Source: Bacteroidales bacterium (GTDB taxonomy: Bacteria > Bacteroidota > Bacteroidia > Bacteroidales > UBA3663). From it: a DNA stretch of 64,000 nt. Numbering within the stretch: position 1 is the stretch's first letter; every line of letters starts with the position of its first letter. A program made the translations under genes and the position numbers. The notes beneath the pieces were generated by a model. The model did not search any database, was not told where the DNA came from, and saw only the letters and a program-made list of their open reading frames with translations. This document shows positions 56,142-64,000 of the stretch, piece by piece. The stretch covers positions 14,961 through 78,960 of the forward strand of contig JAZRVB010000139.1 of NCBI GenBank assembly GCA_045598885.1, given 5' to 3'.

Positions 56142-57443
56142 TTAGTTCTGAAGACTTATATCGATCGGAGCACCTGTGATTTCGTCCCATGGGGTCTCGA
56201 CACATGTAAAGAGGATGCCCTTAGAACCATCGACGATCGGGTACTGTGGAATCGGAGTCGTAAACCTGCCGATGATAATATAGTAGGTATAGAAATGATT
56301 CATCTCCCAGTTATAGGTATCCTGATGCGTTTCGTCGTTCAGTACAATCGGAAGATCCTCTATCACCGTATATTCGTCCATGAACTTATCGTGCCACTGG
56401 TCGTCTTCGAGCTTTCCGACAATTTTCATCGATACAGAAAGCTGCACGCCATCCTGTGGAATCTGTGCCAGACCCAATGGACACTCGAAGAAGTAGGCCT
56501 TCTCTCGTGAGTTGGCATCGACGAGGTCATTGTTATGCAGTACAGCGTCTGGGGTCAATTCGAGTAACGTAGTGCCATCGTAGGCCGGGCTATGGAATTG
56601 GCCTCCCATCAGTGATCCTTGGGTCAAGTCGGCCTGATATTGAGCCGAGGTGACAAACTGAGAGCTACGAACCTTGATCTTGACGTCGAAGACCTCATGA
56701 CCATCGCATTCCTCTCCCAGATCGGGGCAATAGATGGCAAAGCGGACTTTGGCGTTGAGATGATGGAATGGCAGCGCTACGCTGCGAATCTTAGACAGGC
56801 CCTTCGAATCGTTGATCTCCTTTGGTCCCGTCTTATCTGTATTCTGTGCCAGGAGGTCAAAATCATGGCCCTCATTGTTGCGCTCGACCTGTGCCACCAT
56901 GCATGGCTCGGCTACGGCATCGGTGGGAGTGGTACTACCATCGCAGGATGTCTGATACTGGAATGGCGTTGGCACCTTGAGCAACATGTCGGTGAGCGTG
57001 AAACCCGGGGTCAGAGCATTGCTGGCAGTGAGCGGAGCCGGTGAGACGGCGTGGAAGCGATAGGGATAGGCGCTGGCATCCCAGTACTTCTCGAACTGTT
57101 CCTGATAGAACTGATGCGAGCTCTCTGCGCTGATATAGTTCCAGCTGACGGTCTCGCCATACCATGAGTCATACTGCTCGTAATTGACCTCGTATTGCGG
57201 CATGACCTCCTGCTGTCCGGCCTCACCGAACTTCTTATAGCAGCTGACCATGAATCCCTGTTTGAGCAGATTCGGGATCGAATAGTCAGTTCGCGTCTGG
57301 TAGTTGTCGCTAACATTGCTGAAGCGCATGGGGTCTTGGGGCTCGACGATAGGCTTCACCTCCTCTATCACGTTATCAGAAGAGCAGGCTGCCATCATCA
57401 AGGCCGACGATGCAAGCAGATATGTCAGGATACGTCTTGTCAT
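56142..57443 (-). CDS. fimbrillin-like lipoprotein, single module (433 aa)
   Basis: Lipobox LMMAAC|SSD. YQTRTD motif. LPFHHLNAKVRFAI strand. C-terminal CVETPWDEI. Confidence 0.7.
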   Translation of the reverse strand: MTRRILTYLLASSALMMAACSSDNVIEEVKPIVEPQDPMRFSNVSDNYQTRTDYSIPNLLKQGFMVSCYKKFGEAGQQEVMPQYEVNYEQYDSWYGETVSWNYISAESSHQFYQEQFEKYWDASAYPYRFHAVSPAPLTASNALTPGFTLTDMLLKVPTPFQYQTSCDGSTTPTDAVAEPCMVAQVERNNEGHDFDLLAQNTDKTGPKEINDSKGLSKIRSVALPFHHLNAKVRFAIYCPDLGEECDGHEVFDVKIKVRSSQFVTSAQYQADLTQGSLMGGQFHSPAYDGTTLLELTPDAVLHNNDLVDANSREKAYFFECPLGLAQIPQDGVQLSVSMKIVGKLEDDQWHDKFMDEYTVIEDLPIVLNDETHQDTYNWEMNHFYTYYIIIGRFTTPIPQYPIVDGSKGILFTCVETPWDEITGAPIDISLQN

Positions 57444-57504
57444 TACTGTGAATGTAGGAGTCAGTACCGTACTGGAGCTCCTTATATATATTAATAATGT
57501 GTAA

Positions 57505-57531
57505 CCAAAGGGGGAGTCGAACCCCCTTTGG
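57505..57531 (-). terminator. perfect 10-bp GC-rich hairpin after the 811-aa pilin-like gene
   Basis: CCAAAGGGGG (57505-57514), a 7-nt loop, then CCCCCTTTGG (57522-57531). It lies 18 nt downstream of the stop at 57549 in the sense direction. No strong U-tract. Confidence 0.55.
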
Positions 57532-57548
57532 CCTATAATAACGGGGGA

Positions 57549-59984
57549 TTAATCCTGAACCTCGAAGGTTGCAGTCTTATCGCCATTAGTGATTGTATAG
57601 TTGCCTGCAGCACAATCAGCAGCAATTGTGATAGTACCAGCAGAAGCATCTACAGTGATACCTGGTTTACCAGAAATAGCAGAATAGTCAACATCAGCGA
57701 CATTGCTTACACCATTCTTGGTAGCAGTGACTGTGATAACAGGAGAATCATCATTATCAACAACAGGCTTGTTGATAGACAAAGTATAAACATCCTTCAC
57801 CTCAAGTTTCTGCACATATTCTGTCACAGAACCGCCAAGGTTAACTGTCTGGGTAATGGTGTAGATACCAGGAGCAACAGTTGAAGCCACATTGAATACA
57901 CCTGAACCCAAAGTAATACCCGTAGCAGGATTACCTGCTGCATCCTTAATAACGACCTGAACATTTGCGTCAGATGGTGCAGAAGCTGCAGTAGTATATG
58001 CAACACTGCTACCAGCCGCATCAAGGTCAACAGATCCTGAAGCGAGCTTAAAGCTGAGATCAATAACAGAGAAGCTTGCATAACAGGTAGTATTCTCTGA
58101 AGTAGTGTAAGCTACCTGATAATCACCTGGGAATGCATCCTTAGCAACAGTAACTTTCTTGGTATCCTTGTCTACAGTCACAGCATTCATCTTGTCTACA
58201 GGAGTTCCTGCAGGATAAACGATTGAGAAGGTACCAGCAGGAGTTGTCTCAGCAGCGCCATTCATAGTAGTGCTAACATTAAGTGTGGTAGCTGCCTCTC
58301 CGTTGGTAGCAATATTGGCAGTGCTAACAGATACTCCGAAACTACCAATAACGGTGAATGTTGCAGTATAGGTCTTAGGATAATTAACGCCAGCTACACT
58401 ACTCAATGTATAAGTGATCGTATAATCACCAGGTGCAGTGGTAGCAGCAATAGTTACCTTACCATCAGCTGAAATGGTCAATCCTCCAGAAACAGTCCAA
58501 GAGCCTGCTGGAACATCTGCAGCTGCGGCCGCTGCATTATCCTTATAGATCTTTGCAGATACAGTACGAGCATCCTCGTCACCAGATGTCAAAACGGTGT
58601 TCTTGTCAAGGACAACACTATAGTTCTTCGTCTCAGTGCTACCAGGTGTAGTATTGCCATCAGAAATGATATAGTCACCAGTAGTATTCTCAATCCAGTC
58701 TTCAACGGTGCAGTTATCAAAGATGATTGGATAGAGAGCCTCCTCATCATCAATCGTTGGATCGTTAGGATCGATTGTAGGGAAATTAGGATCTTCTGGA
58801 TCCATAGTGGTACCATTACTATCCTTGGTAATCTTGAAGATATAAGTATAGTGGGTATTCATAGCCCAGTTGGTATAGTCAACAGGGACATAAGCAGTAG
58901 CGTTGCGTACTACGATGCGCTCACCAGTGGTAGAGGTCAACTCATACGACACATGGAAAGTGAAACCTGTAGTATTGCTCTTAGGAATTGCATAATAGGT
59001 AGAAGGTGAAGGTGAAGCCTCTACACGAGTGGTACCAATCTGAAGAGCGGTTGGGACATAGAAGTTGAGAGCTTCCTGGGTAGTAGTTCCTGCAGACGGA
59101 TCAATAACAGGAGCATTAACATCAGTGTAATCGACAACTACACCACTTGACTTAAAATACTCACCCTGAGTGTTTGGAGTACCAGCAATAGCAGGAGCAG
59201 CAGAAACGCCATAATCATCAGTCAGATCAATAATCTTAACTGAGTAGCCTGGAATATCCTCCCAGAACTTGATGTTAACTTTGGCATTGAGACGCTTGAA
59301 ACTGAGTGGGACATCCTTACCATAATCTGCCATAGCGACCTCTGTAGCAGCAACCATAAACTCGCTTGACTCAGGAACTGTGTTATCATGAACCATGGTA
59401 GCGACCATTGATCCATCAGGGATGGTCAGTTTATGATCACTATTGGTGTAGGTTGCGGTTTCAGCGCTACCACTATTGATATATGGAGCATAAGCATAGA
59501 AAGTGGTTTTAGGAGCAGACTTATCCCAATAACGGAGGTACTGGTTAGGGACATTTGACATATACTCAGGCTGATTCTTGGTATAGTAACCTTCAGATCC
59601 GGTGTAGCTATACTCTGCAGAACCGAGCATCTCGTATGCCCACATTGAAGCACCATTGACTGCACCAGGAACATCTCCCAAAGTGGTCTGATTGCTAGCT
59701 GTCATGTAATAACCCTTCTTGTTGGTTTCATCCATGTAACCAACGAGGTAGTTCGCCATGATGTTGTTGGTGGCATCTGTGCTCTTATAAGCAAAAACGC
59801 CAAAGTTGTAATGACCTGCATTCTGAAGAGGAATGGCACGTGTCAGGTTTTTCTGGCTTGTCACGAAGCGGATAGGAGACTCGTTGGTACCGCCAGCGCC
59901 AGAGACGCTGGTGTCAACAAGCTCGTCGCTTGCACAGCTTGCTAAAAGGGCGAGCGAAGCTGCAAAGAATAAACTTTTCTTCAT
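57549..59984 (-). CDS. fimbrillin-like lipoprotein with four C-terminal Ig-like repeats (811 aa)
   Basis: Lipobox ALLASC|ASD. NLTRAI motif. LSFKRLNAKVNIKF strand. The module ends at CTVEDW (aa 425-430). Four repeats of about 80-95 aa follow (aa 455-811), each ending in a G-x-Y-x-[IV]-x-[YTQN] strand. Confidence 0.75.
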   Translation of the reverse strand: MKKSLFFAASLALLASCASDELVDTSVSGAGGTNESPIRFVTSQKNLTRAIPLQNAGHYNFGVFAYKSTDATNNIMANYLVGYMDETNKKGYYMTASNQTTLGDVPGAVNGASMWAYEMLGSAEYSYTGSEGYYTKNQPEYMSNVPNQYLRYWDKSAPKTTFYAYAPYINSGSAETATYTNSDHKLTIPDGSMVATMVHDNTVPESSEFMVAATEVAMADYGKDVPLSFKRLNAKVNIKFWEDIPGYSVKIIDLTDDYGVSAAPAIAGTPNTQGEYFKSSGVVVDYTDVNAPVIDPSAGTTTQEALNFYVPTALQIGTTRVEASPSPSTYYAIPKSNTTGFTFHVSYELTSTTGERIVVRNATAYVPVDYTNWAMNTHYTYIFKITKDSNGTTMDPEDPNFPTIDPNDPTIDDEEALYPIIFDNCTVEDWIENTTGDYIISDGNTTPGSTETKNYSVVLDKNTVLTSGDEDARTVSAKIYKDNAAAAAADVPAGSWTVSGGLTISADGKVTIAATTAPGDYTITYTLSSVAGVNYPKTYTATFTVIGSFGVSVSTANIATNGEAATTLNVSTTMNGAAETTPAGTFSIVYPAGTPVDKMNAVTVDKDTKKVTVAKDAFPGDYQVAYTTSENTTCYASFSVIDLSFKLASGSVDLDAAGSSVAYTTAASAPSDANVQVVIKDAAGNPATGITLGSGVFNVASTVAPGIYTITQTVNLGGSVTEYVQKLEVKDVYTLSINKPVVDNDDSPVITVTATKNGVSNVADVDYSAISGKPGITVDASAGTITIAADCAAGNYTITNGDKTATFEVQD

Positions 59985-60016
59985 AATTTTAATTTTTAAT
60001 GTGAATATTTTGTATT

Positions 60017-61360
60017 TTATTTTTTTCCTAATTCTTTTTCCAACTCCTCCGTCTTCCAGTCTTCTACCGTACAGCGGTCAAAGACGATGGAATAGAGGGC
60101 GATATCCGGACTGACCTCGGGATCGGAAGGATCGATCGACGGATCGTCATCGGAGTCGGTACTGCCGTTGCTCTCGCGCGTAATTTTAAATATGTAGGTA
60201 TACGCGAAGTTGGGACGCCAGTTGCACTTGTCGGCAGGGATATAAGCCGTGGCATTGCGGACGGTGATCTGCTCATTCATATCGGACGTCAGACGATAAC
60301 TGACGTGGAAGGTGAATCCTCCGGTGCTCTCAGGCTTCGGGATGCCGTAGTAGGTCGTGGGCGATAGAGTCGAGCCATCGGCACTGGTGCCGATTACCGG
60401 ATCCATCGGACGCTCAAAGTGAAGCGTCTCTCCCTTGGCATGAACTGCTGGCGAAAGCAGATTCACTACCGGTACAGAGGAGGCGAAACTGACTGTTGCA
60501 CCTGCTGAGCGATAGAACTCTCCGTCGGTAAAACGATAGTCAGGAGCTTCTCCTGTCCGGATGGAAGGTGTTGCCTGGATCCCCTCGTATCCGTTGCCTA
60601 AGTCGAGAATCTCGGCTGTATATCCTTCGATGACCTCGTAGAAGCGGATATTGACCTTACAACCGAGGCGACGGAATGGCAGATAGACATCGTTGCCATA
60701 GTCGCGTTGCTCGACGGTTGTGGTGGCATAGAGATACTCGTAAAGCGATGGGTCATCATAGCCATCATGCATCGTAGCGGCCGGCAGGGTCAGCAGCTTG
60801 CTACGGTTATCGAACGTAGCGGTCTGCGGTCCGTGGACGTAAGGCGCATAAGCGTAGAAGCTGGTCGAAGCCGACTCCTTATCCCAGTATCGCATATACT
60901 GATGAGTGAGGTTCGAACGGTGCTCATCGGTCAGCGGCTGGCCGGCATAGGGACCCGTGTACTCTTCGGCTCCCATTCCCTCGTACATCCAGAGGGAGAC
61001 GCCTGTGAGGCCTGCGTCGGGATCGCCGAACGTCGAGCCTGAGGGTTGGCCATAGGCAAGAGCCTTGTCATAGTATCCCACCAGATAGTTCTGGAAGACG
61101 GGATTGGCAGTATCGTTGTCCTTATAGCCGAAGACTCCGAAGCTGTAATGGCCGACTTGCTGCAGGAGCGTTGCGCGCGTAGCATTATTATGTTGAGCCG
61201 CGGCAAAGCTGATCTCCTGTTGCAATCGACGGGCAGGCGGAGCTGACTGATCTGCCGCGCTATCGACAATGGCAGATTCAGCACACGATGCCAGCAACAG
61301 CAGGACTGAAGACAGAGCCACCAGAGGGCGAGTCGGAGGTTGATCAAAGGTGTTTCTCAT
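60017..61360 (-). CDS. fimbrillin-like lipoprotein, single module (447 aa), paralog of the N-terminal half of the 811-aa protein
   Basis: The ATG at 61360 gives MRNTFDQPPTRPLVALSSVLLLLASC|AES. NATRAT motif. LPFRRLGCKVNIRF strand. C-terminal CTVEDWKTEE. Colinear similarity to the 811-aa protein (HY.FGVF.YK, YLVGY, RYWDK, FYAYAPY, FTFHVSY, RNATAY.P, YTYIFKIT). Confidence 0.75.
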   Translation of the reverse strand: MRNTFDQPPTRPLVALSSVLLLLASCAESAIVDSAADQSAPPARRLQQEISFAAAQHNNATRATLLQQVGHYSFGVFGYKDNDTANPVFQNYLVGYYDKALAYGQPSGSTFGDPDAGLTGVSLWMYEGMGAEEYTGPYAGQPLTDEHRSNLTHQYMRYWDKESASTSFYAYAPYVHGPQTATFDNRSKLLTLPAATMHDGYDDPSLYEYLYATTTVEQRDYGNDVYLPFRRLGCKVNIRFYEVIEGYTAEILDLGNGYEGIQATPSIRTGEAPDYRFTDGEFYRSAGATVSFASSVPVVNLLSPAVHAKGETLHFERPMDPVIGTSADGSTLSPTTYYGIPKPESTGGFTFHVSYRLTSDMNEQITVRNATAYIPADKCNWRPNFAYTYIFKITRESNGSTDSDDDPSIDPSDPEVSPDIALYSIVFDRCTVEDWKTEELEKELGKK

Positions 61361-61373
61361 ACGCTTACATCTT

Positions 61374-62600
61374 TTAATTATGTAAAGGTACTTCATAAAC
61401 CACCTCGTCATAATCCTCGACGGTCGGGACGAAGAGTGATCCTGATCCACCCGGGTTAGGCCCTGGGTCAGGTATCGGAAGATCATTGCAGTCGATGATC
61501 ACAGTGATGACACCGCCATGAGACTGCTCGCGGCACTGCTTGGTAACATCGTACTGCAGCGTCTGCTCAACGCCGTTGCGGAACTTGACATCGACCATCA
61601 GATAATTTGGAAGGTCCGTTCGCGAACCGCTGTAATTATGATCTGGAGCATCATTAAACGACAGCATATCGCAGAGGCCAAAGGTAGTGAACTTACCACC
61701 AATGATCTGACAGTCCTGATCGCGCACCGGATAGCCATACTTCATAGATTCCTTGTAACGGGTGTTGAAGTAGACAATGACCGGATCGTTTTTGGTGTGA
61801 CCTGTATTGACATTCGTACCACTTGAAAATGCCGTAAGGGCAGCGTTTCCAGTAGTACCGACAACTCGGCCATCGTTATTGAAGAAAATCACCTGCACCA
61901 GATAGATGAATGCCAACGGATTGAGGTGACAGTCAATATGACGGACCCAGCAATGCTCTATTTCATCGTAGTAATCATAGTCTCGCATATCCTGCGAGAT
62001 GTAGATGTCTGGAGTATTGGCTCCGTAGAAAACCTCCGGCTGATTGTAGAGACCCGTTACGGCATTGGTACTGCTCGAACCAGCCTGCTCGTTCTCCGAA
62101 GCAAAAAGTCGGGTCAAGCCACGCGACACAGAAGTCGTAGCTGTGATTGTATCAAGGCGCGAGTCATCGATCTTCAAAACCTGCGTGCCATCCTCAGAGT
62201 CAATATTGCTCCAGATAAGCAGGTCATAATAGCCGAACTGGTATGTACGACGGAAACGATTGCCGAAAACGGTGAATGCATCGACGTTGGTGTGCGGAGC
62301 GCCTGGCTGATCACCTAGATAGTATCGTCGAACCTCATAATTAGTTGGGACAGGGTAGGCAATTGGACCCCAAAGCGTTGAGTCGACATCGTCCCAGCCA
62401 TAGTACCAGCGATACTTCCATTCTGGATCAATATCCCATACTACATCAATATCAGTAATAATATCCGGGAAGTCCATGACCACATCCTGTGCAGGGAGTT
62501 TCAAAGGCGGCTCGATGCAGGAGTTGAGAGTTAACAGTGAACAGTTAACAGTTAACAACGACAGCAGACAGAGGATGTTATTTAGTAATTTCTTTTTCAT
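61374..62600 (-). CDS. DUF5119-like lipoprotein (possible FimB/Mfa2-type pilus anchor or accessory protein)
   Basis: Lipobox LTLNSC|IEP. No TR[AST] propeptide motif at the position seen in the 13 pilin-like genes. Trp/Tyr-rich N-terminus (WKYRWYYGWDD) and NQPEVFYG resemble what I recall of DUF5119. Overlaps the upstream gene by 4 bp. Confidence 0.55.
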   Translation of the reverse strand: MKKKLLNNILCLLSLLTVNCSLLTLNSCIEPPLKLPAQDVVMDFPDIITDIDVVWDIDPEWKYRWYYGWDDVDSTLWGPIAYPVPTNYEVRRYYLGDQPGAPHTNVDAFTVFGNRFRRTYQFGYYDLLIWSNIDSEDGTQVLKIDDSRLDTITATTSVSRGLTRLFASENEQAGSSSTNAVTGLYNQPEVFYGANTPDIYISQDMRDYDYYDEIEHCWVRHIDCHLNPLAFIYLVQVIFFNNDGRVVGTTGNAALTAFSSGTNVNTGHTKNDPVIVYFNTRYKESMKYGYPVRDQDCQIIGGKFTTFGLCDMLSFNDAPDHNYSGSRTDLPNYLMVDVKFRNGVEQTLQYDVTKQCREQSHGGVITVIIDCNDLPIPDPGPNPGGSGSLFVPTVEDYDEVVYEVPLHN

Positions 62601-64000
62601 CGGGCATCTCCTTTCTTCACTGTCTTGTTTCTACGATACAGGATGTCGTAAGTGATCTGAATACCGAGGTTGGTAGGACCCAGCCACTGGAACTTATGGT
62701 TGCGCTTCTTGAAGTCGGTGGCAGAACCATAGTAGTCATAATAGTAATCGCCATCGATCTCACCCGTGATAGGGTTGCCATAGACGTATGGATCGTAAAG
62801 CGTATAATAATAGCCAACGGCAGCCATGAACTCCAGACGCCAGTTGCCGCGCTTATTGATCGGCATCACATAACCGAGGCTCAGGCCTGCACCTCCACCC
62901 TCGCCCTGCCAACCTTTCTTCTGGCTGAGACCGATGCCATACTTGCCGCCTTGCGCATAAATGCCGGCATAAGCTCCGAGGAACTCGCCTTCGCCACGGA
63001 AATAGCGACGAAGCTCGAGCTGGACATCGCGCCACTGCCAGAACTTCTGGCCTCCCCACTTGCGGTTCGTACCCCAAGTGATACCGGCATTATAAGTATA
63101 ATGGCCATCGAGCGGATAATACTCAAACTGGAGGTTTGGCGAGAATGCCATGCCAAACTGTGGCATGTAGAAGAAATCGTGCAGCAGATTGGTGCGAAGT
63201 GCCATAAGATGGCGGCGCTCCTGAGGCTGCTGTGGCATTTCGACAGGAGCCTGTATCTGAATGACTGGCGTTTCGATGACGATAGAATCAGGCTTCTCGG
63301 TCATCTCGACCTGCACGTCGCTGACCGAGACACTCTCGAAGACCGGAGCAGGACGCGAAAGCCAGAGGACGATACGCGCGGTACGAAGCTCTGGGAAATA
63401 TTGCTGCTTGAGGCGAGCCCAGAGACGGCCGCCGTCAAGAGTGCTGAGTCGCTGCTTGCACTGCTGCTCGTTGCCCTGACAGTCATCAAAGATCTGCTTG
63501 ACGCGAGCATAGTCGGCATCGTGGCGCTGCTGCATCAGGGTGACGAGGTAGGCATAGTCTTCTGTGACACTCTGCACATCCATCTTAATCTGCTGCTGAG
63601 CAAACGGTCCTCCAGACAGATCCTGCTGAATGAGCGACTGCAACGCGGCAGTACGGCCCTGACCGAGACGGCGGTTATTCTCGTACGAACCCTCAGGTGA
63701 TGCGGCGCCGCGCAGGAAGAGCTGACGGAGCTGATAGCCTTCGCGCTGCAGGAATGGCAACAGCTCGCGATAGGTGCGGAAGAAATCGGAACTGGTATTG
63801 ATCTCGGTGCGGTTGACCTGAAAACGGACACCGACAGCCAAGGCATTAAACAATGAGTCAGTCATTACTGGCGCCTCATCGACATTGTAGTCAGACACGA
63901 TGACAAATGGATATTCTGCCATCACGGCATATCGCTCGGTGTCGAGCAAATGCTCCACCTCTGACAAGGATGAAAATGCCGGTGTAACCGCACGGCAAAC
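62597..64000 (-). CDS. outer-membrane protein, OmpA-like segment plus DUF3575-like C-terminal beta-rich region (5' end outside the window)
   Basis: The reading frame stays open from the track's TTG at 63967 to the window edge, and no signal peptide is seen, so the N-terminus is missing. RGAASPEGSYENNRRLGQGRTAAL resembles the OmpA-like ASPEG..N..L..R segment. The C-terminal 200 aa are rich in Gly and aromatics in an alternating, barrel-like pattern. Confidence 0.5.
   Translation of the reverse strand, partial: VCRAVTPAFSSLSEVEHLLDTERYAVMAEYPFVIVSDYNVDEAPVMTDSLFNALAVGVRFQVNRTEINTSSDFFRTYRELLPFLQREGYQLRQLFLRGAASPEGSYENNRRLGQGRTAALQSLIQQDLSGGPFAQQQIKMDVQSVTEDYAYLVTLMQQRHDADYARVKQIFDDCQGNEQQCKQRLSTLDGGRLWARLKQQYFPELRTARIVLWLSRPAPVFESVSVSDVQVEMTEKPDSIVIETPVIQIQAPVEMPQQPQERRHLMALRTNLLHDFFYMPQFGMAFSPNLQFEYYPLDGHYTYNAGITWGTNRKWGGQKFWQWRDVQLELRRYFRGEGEFLGAYAGIYAQGGKYGIGLSQKKGWQGEGGGAGLSLGYVMPINKRGNWRLEFMAAVGYYYTLYDPYVYGNPITGEIDGDYYYDYYGSATDFKKRNHKFQWLGPTNLGIQITYDILYRRNKTVKKGDAR

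Noticed and set aside
57505-57531. A tRNA-like T-arm appearance (GGGGG-AGTCGAA-CCCCC).
   Set aside because: No acceptor, D or anticodon arms can be built from the flanks. It is an isolated hairpin.
61361-61486. The N-terminal 42-aa extension of the 489-aa ORF, overlapping the DUF5119-like gene.
   Set aside because: The internal ATG at 61360 yields a canonical lipoprotein signal peptide and removes the 113-bp overlap.
1-64000. A search for integrases, transposases, phage genes, tRNA/rRNA genes or invertible-promoter recombinases that could mark the pilin locus as a mobile island.
   Set aside because: No such genes were recognised in any frame. The locus promoter region lies beyond the window edge, so phase-variable control cannot be assessed here.

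Overview
This 64-kb segment looks like a Prevotella/Bacteroides-type Bacteroidota chromosome. Evidence: many lipoprotein signal peptides, the T9SS pair porU-porV, TTTG/TAnnTTTG promoter boxes, and an rseC-rnfBCDGEA operon. Positions 1-32.3 kb are mostly housekeeping genes: Fic, an FAH-family enzyme, porU/porV, nrnA-like, glmM, a 5'-nucleotidase, an orphan ABC ATPase, GH43, fabD, galM/galK, truA, lepA, an orphan beta-class DNA methyltransferase, an antiporter, the Rnf operon, an M28/glutaminyl-cyclase-like lipoprotein, sufE and a DMT transporter. Positions 32.4-64 kb form one co-directional minus-strand locus that runs off the window edge. It encodes an OmpA/DUF3575-like outer-membrane protein, a DUF5119-like lipoprotein and 13 consecutive fimbrillin-like (type V pilin-like) lipoproteins of 359-1042 aa. 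Four of these carry two pilin modules in tandem, four carry GLUG/beta-helix-like C-terminal domains, and one carries four Ig-like repeats. This is the main candidate for an unusual system. The second theme is a set of unclassified intergenic hairpin and 'word-repeat' elements. These include two unrelated tandem arrays that share a 42-bp period, long AT-rich hairpins filling the large Rnf spacers, a composite palindrome between porU and porV, and a 32-bp exact repeat shared by the glmM coding sequence and an intergenic spacer. No rRNA, tRNA, CRISPR, integrase or transposase genes were recognised. All functional calls rest on motif reading and recalled family knowledge; no searches were run.
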